Assembly: GCA_016707895.1 (NCBI GenBank)
Contig: JADJGV010000034.1
Location: forward strand, 821,625-885,624
Direction of reading: 5' to 3'
From: Myxococcales bacterium
GTDB lineage: Bacteria > Myxococcota_A > Polyangia > Haliangiales > Haliangiaceae
Length of the DNA: 64,000 bases
The notes under the pieces are model-generated. The model was not told the DNA's origin. It made no database searches and worked only from the letters and a program-made list of their open reading frames with translations. Within the stretch, counting starts at the first letter, position 1, and the number at the start of each line of letters is the position of its first letter. A program made the position numbers and the translations under genes. Below, piece after piece: positions 1 to 9,902 of the stretch.

Positions 1-771
1 CTCACGCCGGGCACCCACCAGCCGGCGCCGGGCTCGCCGCGCTGCCCCCGGGTGTTCATCTCGCTCGACCTGGATCCGGCGTCGACGCCGGAGATCGAGC
101 CGTTCTATCGCGCGGTGGTGCTGCACCTGAAGCGCAAGCACGCGCAGCTGGTGATCGCGACCACCTGGTACCAGGCGCCGCCGCTGGTCGAGCGCTACCT
201 GCGCGAGACCATCGACGTCGCGATCGCGCCCGCGGGCACCGACGGGTACGCCGGCGCGCCCGACCGGGCCTACGAGAAGAACGTCGACTACGTCAACCTC
301 GGCTTCCGCGACGGCAAGGGCGCCATCATCCAGCAGTTCGGCACCGACCTGCGCAGCGCCTTCGACGGCCGCGCCGACGACGGCACGCCGCTCGACCGCA
401 TCCCGATGATGCAGGGCCTCAACAAGCTGAAGGACTTCGATCTGATCGTGCTGGTCAGCGCCGGCTCGCCGGGCGCCAAGGAGTACGTGCAGTTCGTCGG
501 CACCCGCGAGAAGCTGCCGATGATCGCCGCGTGCACCGCGGTGTCGACCACCGACCTGGCGCCGTACTTCCAGACCGGGCAGCTGGTCGGGCTGGTCGGC
601 GGCATGGCCGGCTCGGCCGGCTACGAGGACCTGGTCGGCAAGCCCGGGGCCGGCACCGCCGGCGCCGACGTGCTCAACATCGCCAACCTGGTGGTGATCG
701 CGGCGATCATCTTCGGCAACGTGGTGTTCTTCGCCGGGCGCGCCCACCGGCGCCGGGGAGGTCGCCCGTGA
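1..771 (+). CDS. Hypothetical protein, 5'-partial (the ORF runs off the window start; no in-frame stop upstream)
   Basis: The open frame continues from nt 1 and has GC3-rich codon usage. I did not recognise a family. Confidence 0.55.
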   Translation, partial: LTPGTHQPAPGSPRCPRVFISLDLDPASTPEIEPFYRAVVLHLKRKHAQLVIATTWYQAPPLVERYLRETIDVAIAPAGTDGYAGAPDRAYEKNVDYVNLGFRDGKGAIIQQFGTDLRSAFDGRADDGTPLDRIPMMQGLNKLKDFDLIVLVSAGSPGAKEYVQFVGTREKLPMIAACTAVSTTDLAPYFQTGQLVGLVGGMAGSAGYEDLVGKPGAGTAGADVLNIANLVVIAAIIFGNVVFFAGRAHRRRGGRP

Positions 772-1772
772 CCGCGCTGCCGTGGATCGACATCGTCGGC
801 TACTGGGTCGGCATCTTCATCACGTTCTGCTGCCTGTCGTTCCTGTACAAGGACAACCCGTTCTACAAGCTGATCGAGCACCTCTTCATCGGGGTGTCGG
901 TCGGCTACCTGATCGTCCTGCAGTACGGCGAGAACATCGAGCCCAAGGTGGTCGACGCGATCTTCGGCGGCGGCGTCCACGGCGCGTGGCTGCTGCTGCG
1001 CGTGGTCGCGCTGGTGCTGGTGGTGATGATGTTCGCCAAGGTGCTGCAGCCGCGCTGGGCGTGGCTGGGCCGCTACCCGCTGGCGTTCGTCGTCGCGTTC
1101 TACGCCGGCCTGCAGGTCAACGCGGTCGCGCAGTCCGAGCTGGGCGAGCAGATCAAGTTCTCGGCGGGCTCGATCGACGCGCCCAAGGTCGACCTCAACC
1201 ACGCCGAGCCCGAGGCGCTGACCGCGCTGCCGGGCAGCTCGCCGGCGGTCGCCAAGAAGTGGCTCGCCGAGCGCGCCCAGCGGCCGTTCGCCAGCCTCGA
1301 CGACGCCGCCACCCGGCCCAGCCTGACGCCGCTCGAGCGCGGCGACCTGGCGGCGGCCCGCGGCTCGCTGGTCGGCCTGGACGCCAAGGCCGCGGTCGAG
1401 GCCGGGCACCACGACGGCTTCGGCATCGTCTCGAACCTGTTGCTCCTGGCCGGCCTCTTGGCGTCGCTGGTGTACTTCTACTTCTCGGTCGCCCACCGCG
1501 GCCCGATCGGCGGCATCTCGCGGTTCGGCGTGTGGACGCTGATGATCGGCTTCGGCGCCAGCTTCGGCCTGACCGTCCAGGGGCGCATCTCGCTGGCCAT
1601 CGGCCGCGCCTACGACGTGCTGGGGCGCACGCTGGCGCCGCAGGACGCCGCCCGGGTCCACGGCCCGCTGGTGTCGCTGGTGTCGATCGGACTCATCACC
1701 GCCGGCATCGTGATCTGGGAGCGGCGGAACCGGGATCGTGGTGACGGACCTGGCGCCGACGGCCAGAGCTGA
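768..1772 (+). CDS. Polytopic membrane protein with an internal ComEA-like helix-hairpin-helix segment
   Basis: A GTG start overlaps the upstream stop (GTGA). There are multiple hydrophobic helices. The motif VDLNHAEPEALTALPGSSPAVAKKWLAERAQRPFASLDD resembles the ComEA HhH motif. Confidence 0.6.
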   Translation: MTALPWIDIVGYWVGIFITFCCLSFLYKDNPFYKLIEHLFIGVSVGYLIVLQYGENIEPKVVDAIFGGGVHGAWLLLRVVALVLVVMMFAKVLQPRWAWLGRYPLAFVVAFYAGLQVNAVAQSELGEQIKFSAGSIDAPKVDLNHAEPEALTALPGSSPAVAKKWLAERAQRPFASLDDAATRPSLTPLERGDLAAARGSLVGLDAKAAVEAGHHDGFGIVSNLLLLAGLLASLVYFYFSVAHRGPIGGISRFGVWTLMIGFGASFGLTVQGRISLAIGRAYDVLGRTLAPQDAARVHGPLVSLVSIGLITAGIVIWERRNRDRGDGPGADGQS

Positions 1773-1787
1773 TAGGTTCCACGGCGC

Positions 1788-3185
<1,398 letters not shown>

Positions 3186-3187
3186 CT

Positions 3188-3213
3188 GGGAAGGTTTGTC
3201 GACAAACCTTCCC
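3188..3213. terminator. Perfect 13-bp-arm palindrome GGGAAGGTTTGTC/GACAAACCTTCCC between convergent genes (likely bidirectional terminator)
   Basis: The site lies 3 bp after the lolE-like stop. It sits between the convergent 3' ends of 1788..3185 and 3318..7034, and is followed by a second GC hairpin (CCCGCGGGG). Confidence 0.55.
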
Positions 3214-3317
3214 CCGCGGGGTCATGCCCCCGCGGGGCCCCCATCCGATACGCGAGAGCGTTCAGCGTGGGTTGGGGGGGGCGCGTGGGCGCGCGGCCCC
3301 CACCCGAAACGCGTCGG

Positions 3318-6300
3318 TCAGGCGCCGAAGAGGCGGAGCAGGGCGACGGGGGCGATGGCGCCGCGGCGCTGGAGCTCGGCGACGACGGCGGCGTGCTCGG
3401 CGGCGCCGGCGGTGCCGCCGACCAGCGTGGCGACCCGGGCGCGCGCGGCCAGCGCGAACCCAGCCATGCCGGCGGCGGTGGCGGCGCGGCCGGCCTCGAC
3501 GTAGGCGGCGCGGGCGCGGGCCGGCTCGGCGCGCAGCTCGGCCAGGTGGCCGCGGGCCAGCGCGGTGAGCGGCGCGGCCCAGTCGGCGCCTTCGCGCTCG
3601 ACGCGCTGCACGCAGTCGTGCGCGACCCGCAGGCGCGCGGCGCGATCGTGCGGCTCGGCGGCGGCCGCCGCCAGCGCGGCGCGGGCGTGCAGCAGATCGG
3701 CCTCGACGCGCGTCAGCTGCAAGCCGATCAGCGGTGAGCGCCACAGCCGCGGCCAGGCGGCGTCGATCGTGGCCAGCGCCCGCGCCGCGTCGCCGCGGTA
3801 CAGGTCGACCTTGGCCGTGGCGACGGCGCGGAAGTAGTGGTGCAGGTGGAACTCGTCGTCGTCGGTGCGGTGGTCGAAGCCGGCCTCGGCCATCGCCAGC
3901 GCGTCGGCCGGGCGATCGACGATCAGCCAGTACAGGTTGCCGCGGCCGGTGCGCAGCCCGCCCAGCGCGTGGACGTCGCCCAGCTCCTCGGCCTCGGCCA
4001 GCTGCCGCGGGATCGAGGCGATCAGCCCGGCGAGGTCGCCGAGGTACCAGCGGGCGGCGGGCTGGAAGAACTGCACCAGGTTGAGCGCCCAGCGCACGCC
4101 GACGTAGTCGCGCTGCTGGGCCTCGGCCGCGCGCAGCCGGCGGTCGGCCTCGCGCCAGCGCCCGGTGAGCGCGGCGGCCACGCCGGCCCCGCCCTCGAGC
4201 AGCGCGGCCAGCTCGGGGCGGCCGAGCTCGTCGCACAGCGCCCGCGCCGCGGCCTCGACCGCCGCGGTGGCGGTCGCGGACTTGGTGCCGCCGTGGGCGG
4301 TGTGCGCGATCTCGATGCACAGCACCCGCGCCACCCGCTCGGGATCGCCGAGCGCGCGCGCCGCGTCGAGCAGGTGCAGCTGCGGCACGCGCGCCAGCGC
4401 CGGGTTGACGTAGGCCAGGCCGGCGGTCAGCGACCACAGCGTGTCGACCACCGCGCGCTCGCGATCGGTGACCTGCTCGGGCGTGCGGCGGGTGAAGCCG
4501 AAGCCGCGGACCCGGCGGGCCAGCCCCTCGGCCAGGAGCTTGGCCGCCCCGGCGGTGCGGCCGAGCGTGACGCCGGCGCCCAGCTCGTCGCACAGCGCCT
4601 GCGCGTCGGCCAGGCCGCGCCGCAGGTCGCCGCTGCGCAGCGCGTACTCGATCTGCATCCGGCGCAGCGCGATGGCCTCGGCCGGCGTGGCGTCGGGCAG
4701 CGCCGCCGCCAGCGTCGCCAGCGCGGCCTCGATGCGCCCGACGTTGGCGTGGCACTCGGCCTGCCGCCGGCGCAGCGCGACCCGGTGCGCGGGCGTCGCC
4801 GCGCCGGCCAGCGCGACCTCGTACATCGCCGCGGCGTGGCGGAACGCAAGGCTGGCCTCGGCGGCCAGCGCGGCGCGCTCGGCGTGCGGCGCGGCCCGGG
4901 CGGGCTCGCCGGCGGCGCGCCAGTGGGCGACCAGCTCGTCGAGCGGCGGCGCTGGCAGCCGCTCCAGCTCGGCGGCGAGCCGGGCGTGCAGCGCGGCGGC
5001 GGCGGCGGCCGGCAGCGCCGCCAGCGCCGCGGCGCGGATGCGATCGTGGTAGGGTTCGACGTACCACTCGCCGTGGGCCCTGCCGCCCACCAGCAGCCGC
5101 TCGCTGCACAGCCGGGTCAGCGCGGCCAGCCCGTCGCCCAGCCCAGCGGCGGCGATCGCGAACGGCAGCGGCCGGGCGGCCACCGCGGCGAGCGCCAGCA
5201 GCCCGCGGGCGTCGTCGTCGAGCGCGGCCAGCCGGCGGGCCAGCACCTGCTCGAGGCTGGCCGGCGCGGCGGCGGCGTCGGCGGCGCGGTGGCGGGCCAG
5301 CTCGACCAGCAGGAACGGCGTGCCGGCGGCCGCGTCGTCGAGCGCCGCGTCGTCGGCGCCGATCGCCGCGCGCAGCGCGTGGGCCGCGGCGCGATCGAGC
5401 GGGCCCACCGCGAGGTCGCGGACGACGATCGGCGAGCGGCCGCTGGGCTGGGCGACGTCGGTCAGGCGCACCGTCGGCGTGCCGGCGTCGTTCGGCAGCG
5501 CGGCGGCCGGCGTGTCGAGCGGCCGCGACGACAGCACGAACAACGCGCCGGTCCCGACGAAGTAGCGCACCAGCTCGCCGAGCAGGCCGGCGGTGTCGGC
5601 GTTGCTCCACTGCATGTCGTCGAGGAACACCACCGGCAGGCGATCGCCGGCCAGGCGCTGGATCAGCTCGGCGCACGCGGTCACGGCGCGGCGCCGCAGC
5701 TCGGCCGGATCGGCCGGCACCCGCCCCAGCGCTCGCGCGGTGGCGACCGCCTGGACCCGCGCCAGCGCCGGGAACAGCCGCGCCAGCGCCGCGACGTCGC
5801 GCGGCATCGACGCCGCCGCGCGCTCGGCCGGCATCGCCGCCAGCGCGTTGGCCAGGGCGTCGACCATGGTCTCGATGGCCGGGTAGGGCACGGTCTCGCG
5901 CTGGTGGCAGCGGCCGGTCAGCACCAGCGCCGCGCCCGGCTCGAGGCTGGCCAGGTAGTGGCGCACCAGCGCGGTCTTGCCGATGCCCGAGGCGCCGGTC
6001 AGCGCGACCACGACGCTGTCGCCGTCGCGCGCGGTCGCGAACGCCGCCGCCAGCGCGCCCAGCTCGGCGGCGCGACCGACGAACGGCGGCGCCGCGGTGC
6101 GCTCGGCCACCGCGCGGGTGGCCGAGGTCGGCTGGCGGCCCAGCGCGGCCAGCAGCACCGCGCCGTCGCCGCGGCGCGCCGGGCTGCGATCGAGCAGCCG
6201 CATGCAGGCGGCGTCGAGCTCGGGCGGCACGGTCGGCACCAGCGCCCGCGGCGGCGGCGGATCCTCGGCGACCCGGCGCGCCATCACCTGATCGCGGGTG

Positions 6301-7034
6301 CCGCGGAACGGGCGCACGCCGGTGAGCGCCTCGTACAGCATGACGCCGACGCTGTACCAGTCGGCGGCGGAGGTCAGCGGCTGATCGAGCACCTGCTCGG
6401 GCGACATGTAGCCGGGCGTGCCGACCGCCGAGGCCTCGTGGGTGCGCTCGGGATCGCCGCCGTGGCGGACGTCGCCGCTGATCAGCCCGAAGTCGAGCAC
6501 GACCACCCGGCCCGCGGCGGTGACCAGCACGTTCGACGGCTTGAGATCGCGGTGGACCTTGCCGGTGGCGTGGATCGCGGCCACCGCGTCGGCGAGCTGG
6601 AAGAAGCGATCGCGCACGCGCTCGAGCTCGGCCGGGCGGGGCTCGCTCGGCGGCGGCGCGGTGTCGCCGCGGCCGGCGGCGCTGCCCAGGCGCAGGCCGA
6701 GGTGCTCGTGGATCGGCACCCCGGCGACCAGCTCCATCGTGAACCACGGCGGATCGTCGGTGAGGAACAGCTCGTAGAGCCGCACCAGGTTGGGGTGGAC
6801 GACGTCGCGCAGCGTGCGGAACTCGCGCTTGAAGCGGAAGAGGGCGGTGGTGTCGTGGTCGGCGCTCAGCACCTTCAGCGCCACCTCGCGGCCCAGCACC
6901 ATGTCGAGCGCGCGGTAGACCGTGCCGTGGGCGCCCTGGCCGAGCCGGCCGAGCACGAAGAAGCGATCGGGCGCCTCCCACGCCGGGCTGGCCGGGGCGC
7001 GCTGCGGCTCGGAACCGTCCCCCCGGCTCGGCAT
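3318..7034 (-). CDS. Large STAND-type Ser/Thr protein kinase (N-terminal Hanks kinase, central AAA/NACHT-like ATPase, C-terminal TPR-like helical repeats)
   Basis: Kinase motifs are present: GxGxxG (LGQGAHGTVY), VALK, HRDLKPSNVLV, DFGL, GTPGYMSPE. There is a Walker A motif LTGASGIGKTAL. The C-terminus is long and helical. Length is 1238 aa. Confidence 0.85.
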   Translation of the reverse strand: MPSRGDGSEPQRAPASPAWEAPDRFFVLGRLGQGAHGTVYRALDMVLGREVALKVLSADHDTTALFRFKREFRTLRDVVHPNLVRLYELFLTDDPPWFTMELVAGVPIHEHLGLRLGSAAGRGDTAPPPSEPRPAELERVRDRFFQLADAVAAIHATGKVHRDLKPSNVLVTAAGRVVVLDFGLISGDVRHGGDPERTHEASAVGTPGYMSPEQVLDQPLTSAADWYSVGVMLYEALTGVRPFRGTRDQVMARRVAEDPPPPRALVPTVPPELDAACMRLLDRSPARRGDGAVLLAALGRQPTSATRAVAERTAAPPFVGRAAELGALAAAFATARDGDSVVVALTGASGIGKTALVRHYLASLEPGAALVLTGRCHQRETVPYPAIETMVDALANALAAMPAERAAASMPRDVAALARLFPALARVQAVATARALGRVPADPAELRRRAVTACAELIQRLAGDRLPVVFLDDMQWSNADTAGLLGELVRYFVGTGALFVLSSRPLDTPAAALPNDAGTPTVRLTDVAQPSGRSPIVVRDLAVGPLDRAAAHALRAAIGADDAALDDAAAGTPFLLVELARHRAADAAAAPASLEQVLARRLAALDDDARGLLALAAVAARPLPFAIAAAGLGDGLAALTRLCSERLLVGGRAHGEWYVEPYHDRIRAAALAALPAAAAAALHARLAAELERLPAPPLDELVAHWRAAGEPARAAPHAERAALAAEASLAFRHAAAMYEVALAGAATPAHRVALRRRQAECHANVGRIEAALATLAAALPDATPAEAIALRRMQIEYALRSGDLRRGLADAQALCDELGAGVTLGRTAGAAKLLAEGLARRVRGFGFTRRTPEQVTDRERAVVDTLWSLTAGLAYVNPALARVPQLHLLDAARALGDPERVARVLCIEIAHTAHGGTKSATATAAVEAAARALCDELGRPELAALLEGGAGVAAALTGRWREADRRLRAAEAQQRDYVGVRWALNLVQFFQPAARWYLGDLAGLIASIPRQLAEAEELGDVHALGGLRTGRGNLYWLIVDRPADALAMAEAGFDHRTDDDEFHLHHYFRAVATAKVDLYRGDAARALATIDAAWPRLWRSPLIGLQLTRVEADLLHARAALAAAAAEPHDRAARLRVAHDCVQRVEREGADWAAPLTALARGHLAELRAEPARARAAYVEAGRAATAAGMAGFALAARARVATLVGGTAGAAEHAAVVAELQRRGAIAPVALLRLFGA

Positions 7035-7087
7035 CGTCGCGCGATAGTACCGCGGGCGCGAGCGCGAGCGCCGGCTGCGGCCGCCGA

Positions 7088-7733
7088 TCAGTCGCCGGGC
7101 GCGGCGATCGCCTCGGCGCCGACCACCGCCAGCGACACGTCGCGCAGCGCCGCGGTGGCGGTGATGATCATCGCGGTGCCGTCGATGTGGGCGGCCAGAT
7201 CGGCGCGCAGCGCGCCGGCGGCGTCGGCGGTGACCGCGACCGCGAACCGGGTGCGCGGCGCCTTGCGCAGGCCGAGCGGCACGTGGTCACCGTCGGCGTC
7301 GACCAGCGACCAGTCGAGGATCAGGTCGGCCTGGCCGGTGCCGACCAGCGCGTCGGCCGGGAGCTCGTCGGGCAGCGCCACCGCGAGCTGGGTGCCGAGG
7401 CGCAGCACCAGGTCGGTGAAGCGCACCGGGCGCTCGGCGATCATGCCGGCTGGCAGCGTGACGTCGGCCAGCGGCAGCGTCAGGTCCTCGACCAGGAGGT
7501 AGCCGTCGGCGGTGGTGCGCACGACGATCTGGCCGCCGGTGATGGTCGGTGCGATCGCCAGCGCGTGGCCGCTGGCCACCGCGGTGGCGTCGAGGTCGCT
7601 GGCGGTGGTCACCGCCAGCTGGGCGCGATCGGCGAGGCGGTCCACCAGCGGGACCGGGGCGCCCGCGGGATCGAAGCCGCACGCGGCGGTGACGGCGATC
7701 GCGGCGGCGGTGGTGGCGAGGTGCAGGTTCATG
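7088..7733 (-). CDS. Hypothetical lipoprotein
   Basis: Signal peptide plus lipobox MNLHLATTAAAIAVTAACG. The gene is divergent from ycaO. Confidence 0.6.
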
Positions 7734-7794
7734 GCCCCAGTCGTAGTCACCGCGGCGCGCCCGGCAACCGCCCGGCTCGACGTGAATTCGCATC

Positions 7795-7835
7795 TTATTG
7801 ACTTCGGGTCAATAAAACATGAAAATAGTTTCATG
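7795..7835. promoter_or_regulatory. Two adjacent perfect palindromes (TTATTGAC-N5-GTCAATAA and CATGAAA-ATAG-TTTCATG) in an AT-rich island of the divergent lipoprotein/ycaO intergenic region
   Basis: This is the only markedly AT-rich segment in the window. Both dyads are perfect. Confidence 0.5.
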
Positions 7836-7902
7836 AATCGCGGTCGCCGCGGACTCACCCAAGGCCCCTTCGTAGCGGCGCGTACGAAGTACACCCCGGG
7901 CG

Positions 7903-9162
7903 TTGGCCGCCACCGGCGATCCGATCGCGCGCCGCCGCGATCGACACGCCGGCGCGCTGGCCCTACTGTGCGCCGCCGTGATCGCGTCCTGCTTCGGTGA
8001 GCCGCTGGCCGCGCCCGTGCGCGCGCGCACCGGCACGCTGCGCGCCGCGACCGTCGCCGCGACCTGGCGGCGGTTCGCGCCGGTGGCGCCGCGGATCGGC
8101 CTGACCCGGCTGGCCGAGCTGACCGGGCTCGACGCGCTCGGCGTGCCCGTGTGGGCGGCGATCCGGCCGATGGGGCGGTCGCTGTCGTCGGCGCAGGGCA
8201 AGGGCGTGACGTCGCTCGCGGCCAAGGTGTCGGCGCTGATGGAGAGCATCGAGACCTGGCACGCCGAGCAGCGCCGGCCCGATCGGCTGGCCAGCGCGCG
8301 CGCGCTGGGCGCCGCGACCATCGCGCGGGCCCAGGCGCTGCCGCGCCACCCGCGGCGGTTCGCCCTCGACGCGACGCGGCCGTGGGTGCGCGGCGTCGCG
8401 CTGCCCAGCGGCCGCCCGGCGTGGATCCCGTGGGAGGCGGTGACGCTCGACACCGTCGCCGCCGCCGCCGCGCCGCCGCTGTTCGACGTGTCGTCCAACG
8501 GCCTGGCCTCGGGCAACACGCTGGGCGAGGCGATCGTCCACGGCCTGAGCGAGGTGATCGAGCGCGACGCCGAGGCCACCTGGCGGCTCACCGGCCACGA
8601 TCGCCGGGTCGTGCTCGACACGATCGCCGATCGCAGCGTGCGCGGGCTGATCGAGCGCGTCACCGGCGCCGGCGCGCGGCTGTGGCTGTGGGACCTGACG
8701 TCCGACGTCGGCGTGCCGGTGTTCGGCTGCGGGCTGATGCACGATCCGGCCGAGCCGACCTGGCGCGCGGTTGGCTTCTACCAGGGCTTCGGCTGTCACC
8801 TCGATCCGATCATCGCGATGGCCCGGGCCATCACCGAGGCGGCGCAGACCCGGATGACCTACATCGCCGGCGCGCGCGACGACTTCTTCCCCCACGACTA
8901 CCGCCGCGCCACCGATCGCGCCGTGCTGCGCCGGATCTGGCGGCGCTACGCGGCGCCGCCCGACGAGTCGATCGACGCCCGCGACTACCCGCGCCCGCGG
9001 ATCGCCGACCTCGGCGACGCGCTGGCGACGCTGGTCGATGCGCTCGCCGCCGCCGGCAGCCCCGAGGTGCTGGTCGCCGATCTGCGGCAGCCGGGCCTCG
9101 GCGTGCCGGTGGTCAAGGTGCTGGTGCCGGGCCGCGCGACCGCCCTCGAGGGGCTGGGCTGA
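7903..9162 (+). CDS. ycaO: YcaO-domain protein (ATP-dependent amide backbone activating enzyme, TfuA-associated class)
   Basis: The hallmark motif is present: IRPMGRSLSSAQGKGVTS...MESIETWHAE...SNGLASGNTLGEAIVHGLSEVIERDA. It is translationally coupled to tfuA through an ATGA overlap. The start is uncertain (TTG at 7903 or GTG at 7978). Confidence 0.85.
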   Translation: MAATGDPIARRRDRHAGALALLCAAVIASCFGEPLAAPVRARTGTLRAATVAATWRRFAPVAPRIGLTRLAELTGLDALGVPVWAAIRPMGRSLSSAQGKGVTSLAAKVSALMESIETWHAEQRRPDRLASARALGAATIARAQALPRHPRRFALDATRPWVRGVALPSGRPAWIPWEAVTLDTVAAAAAPPLFDVSSNGLASGNTLGEAIVHGLSEVIERDAEATWRLTGHDRRVVLDTIADRSVRGLIERVTGAGARLWLWDLTSDVGVPVFGCGLMHDPAEPTWRAVGFYQGFGCHLDPIIAMARAITEAAQTRMTYIAGARDDFFPHDYRRATDRAVLRRIWRRYAAPPDESIDARDYPRPRIADLGDALATLVDALAAAGSPEVLVADLRQPGLGVPVVKVLVPGRATALEGLG

Positions 9163-9893
9163 TGGCGCGGCGCGACGGCGGCACGATCGTGTTCCTCGGC
9201 CCCAGCCTGCCGGCGGCCGAGGCGCGGGCGCGGCTGCCCGACGCCGAGCTTGCGCCGCCGGTGGCGGTGCTCGACGTGGCGCGCCTGCTGCGGCGCCGGC
9301 GGCCGGCGCGGCTGGCCATCATCGACGGCTACTTCGAGCGGATGGCCGCGGTGTGGCACAAGGAGCTGTTGCTCGCGCTCGAGCTCGGCGTCGAGGTGTG
9401 GGGCGCGGCGTCGATGGGCGCGCTGCGCGCCGCCGAGCTCGATGGCCACGGCATGCGCGGCGTCGGGGCGATCTACCAGGCCTACCGGCGCGGCCGGCTG
9501 ACCAGCGACGCCGAGGTGGCGGTGGCGCACCTGCCGGCCGAGGGCGGCTACCTGGCGGTGTCGGTGCCGCTGGTCAACGTCCGCGCGCAGGTCGCGCGGG
9601 CCCGGGCCGCGCGGATGCTCGACGCGGCGACCGCGCGGGCGACGATCGCGGCCGCCGCCGCGGTGCCCTACTGGGATCGCACCTGGGACGCCGTGGACGC
9701 CGCGCTGCCGGCCCCGACCCGGGCGCGGTTCGCGGCGTGGCGCGCCGCGCACCCGTTCGATCAGAAGGCCGCCGACGCGCGCGCGCTGCTCGACGCGCTG
9801 GCGGCGACGCCGCCGACCGCGCCGCGGGCGACGCCGGTGCCGCGGACCTGGGCGTTCACGCAGCTCCTGGCGCTCGCCGCGCGGCGGCGCTGA
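9162..9893 (+). CDS. tfuA: TfuA-like protein (YcaO partner required for thioamidation)
   Basis: TfuA N-terminus (GGTIVFLGPSL) and conserved core (LAIIDGYFERMAAVWHKELLLALELGVEVWGAASMGALRAAE). Start overlaps the ycaO stop. Confidence 0.8.
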   Translation: MARRDGGTIVFLGPSLPAAEARARLPDAELAPPVAVLDVARLLRRRRPARLAIIDGYFERMAAVWHKELLLALELGVEVWGAASMGALRAAELDGHGMRGVGAIYQAYRRGRLTSDAEVAVAHLPAEGGYLAVSVPLVNVRAQVARARAARMLDAATARATIAAAAAVPYWDRTWDAVDAALPAPTRARFAAWRAAHPFDQKAADARALLDALAATPPTAPRATPVPRTWAFTQLLALAARRR

Positions 9894-9902
9894 ACGCTCC
9901 CG

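Noticed and set aside
3262-7502. Multiple >1000-aa Arg/Ala/Gly-rich ORFs (3262..6981 -, 3837..7502 +) overlapping the Ser/Thr kinase gene
   Set aside because: These are alternative frames or antisense of the kinase gene. Their composition is poly-R/A/G/P nonsense. Only the 3318..7034 frame carries kinase, Walker-A and TPR motifs.
7834-8001. 56-aa ORF MNRGRRGLTQGPF... immediately upstream of, and overlapping, ycaO, considered as a possible RiPP precursor
   Set aside because: It is extremely Arg-rich, lacks a Cys/Ser/Thr/Gly-rich core or a leader-like region, and overlaps the ycaO start out of frame. It is most likely a GC artefact, and it is kept only as a caveat in the YcaO finding.
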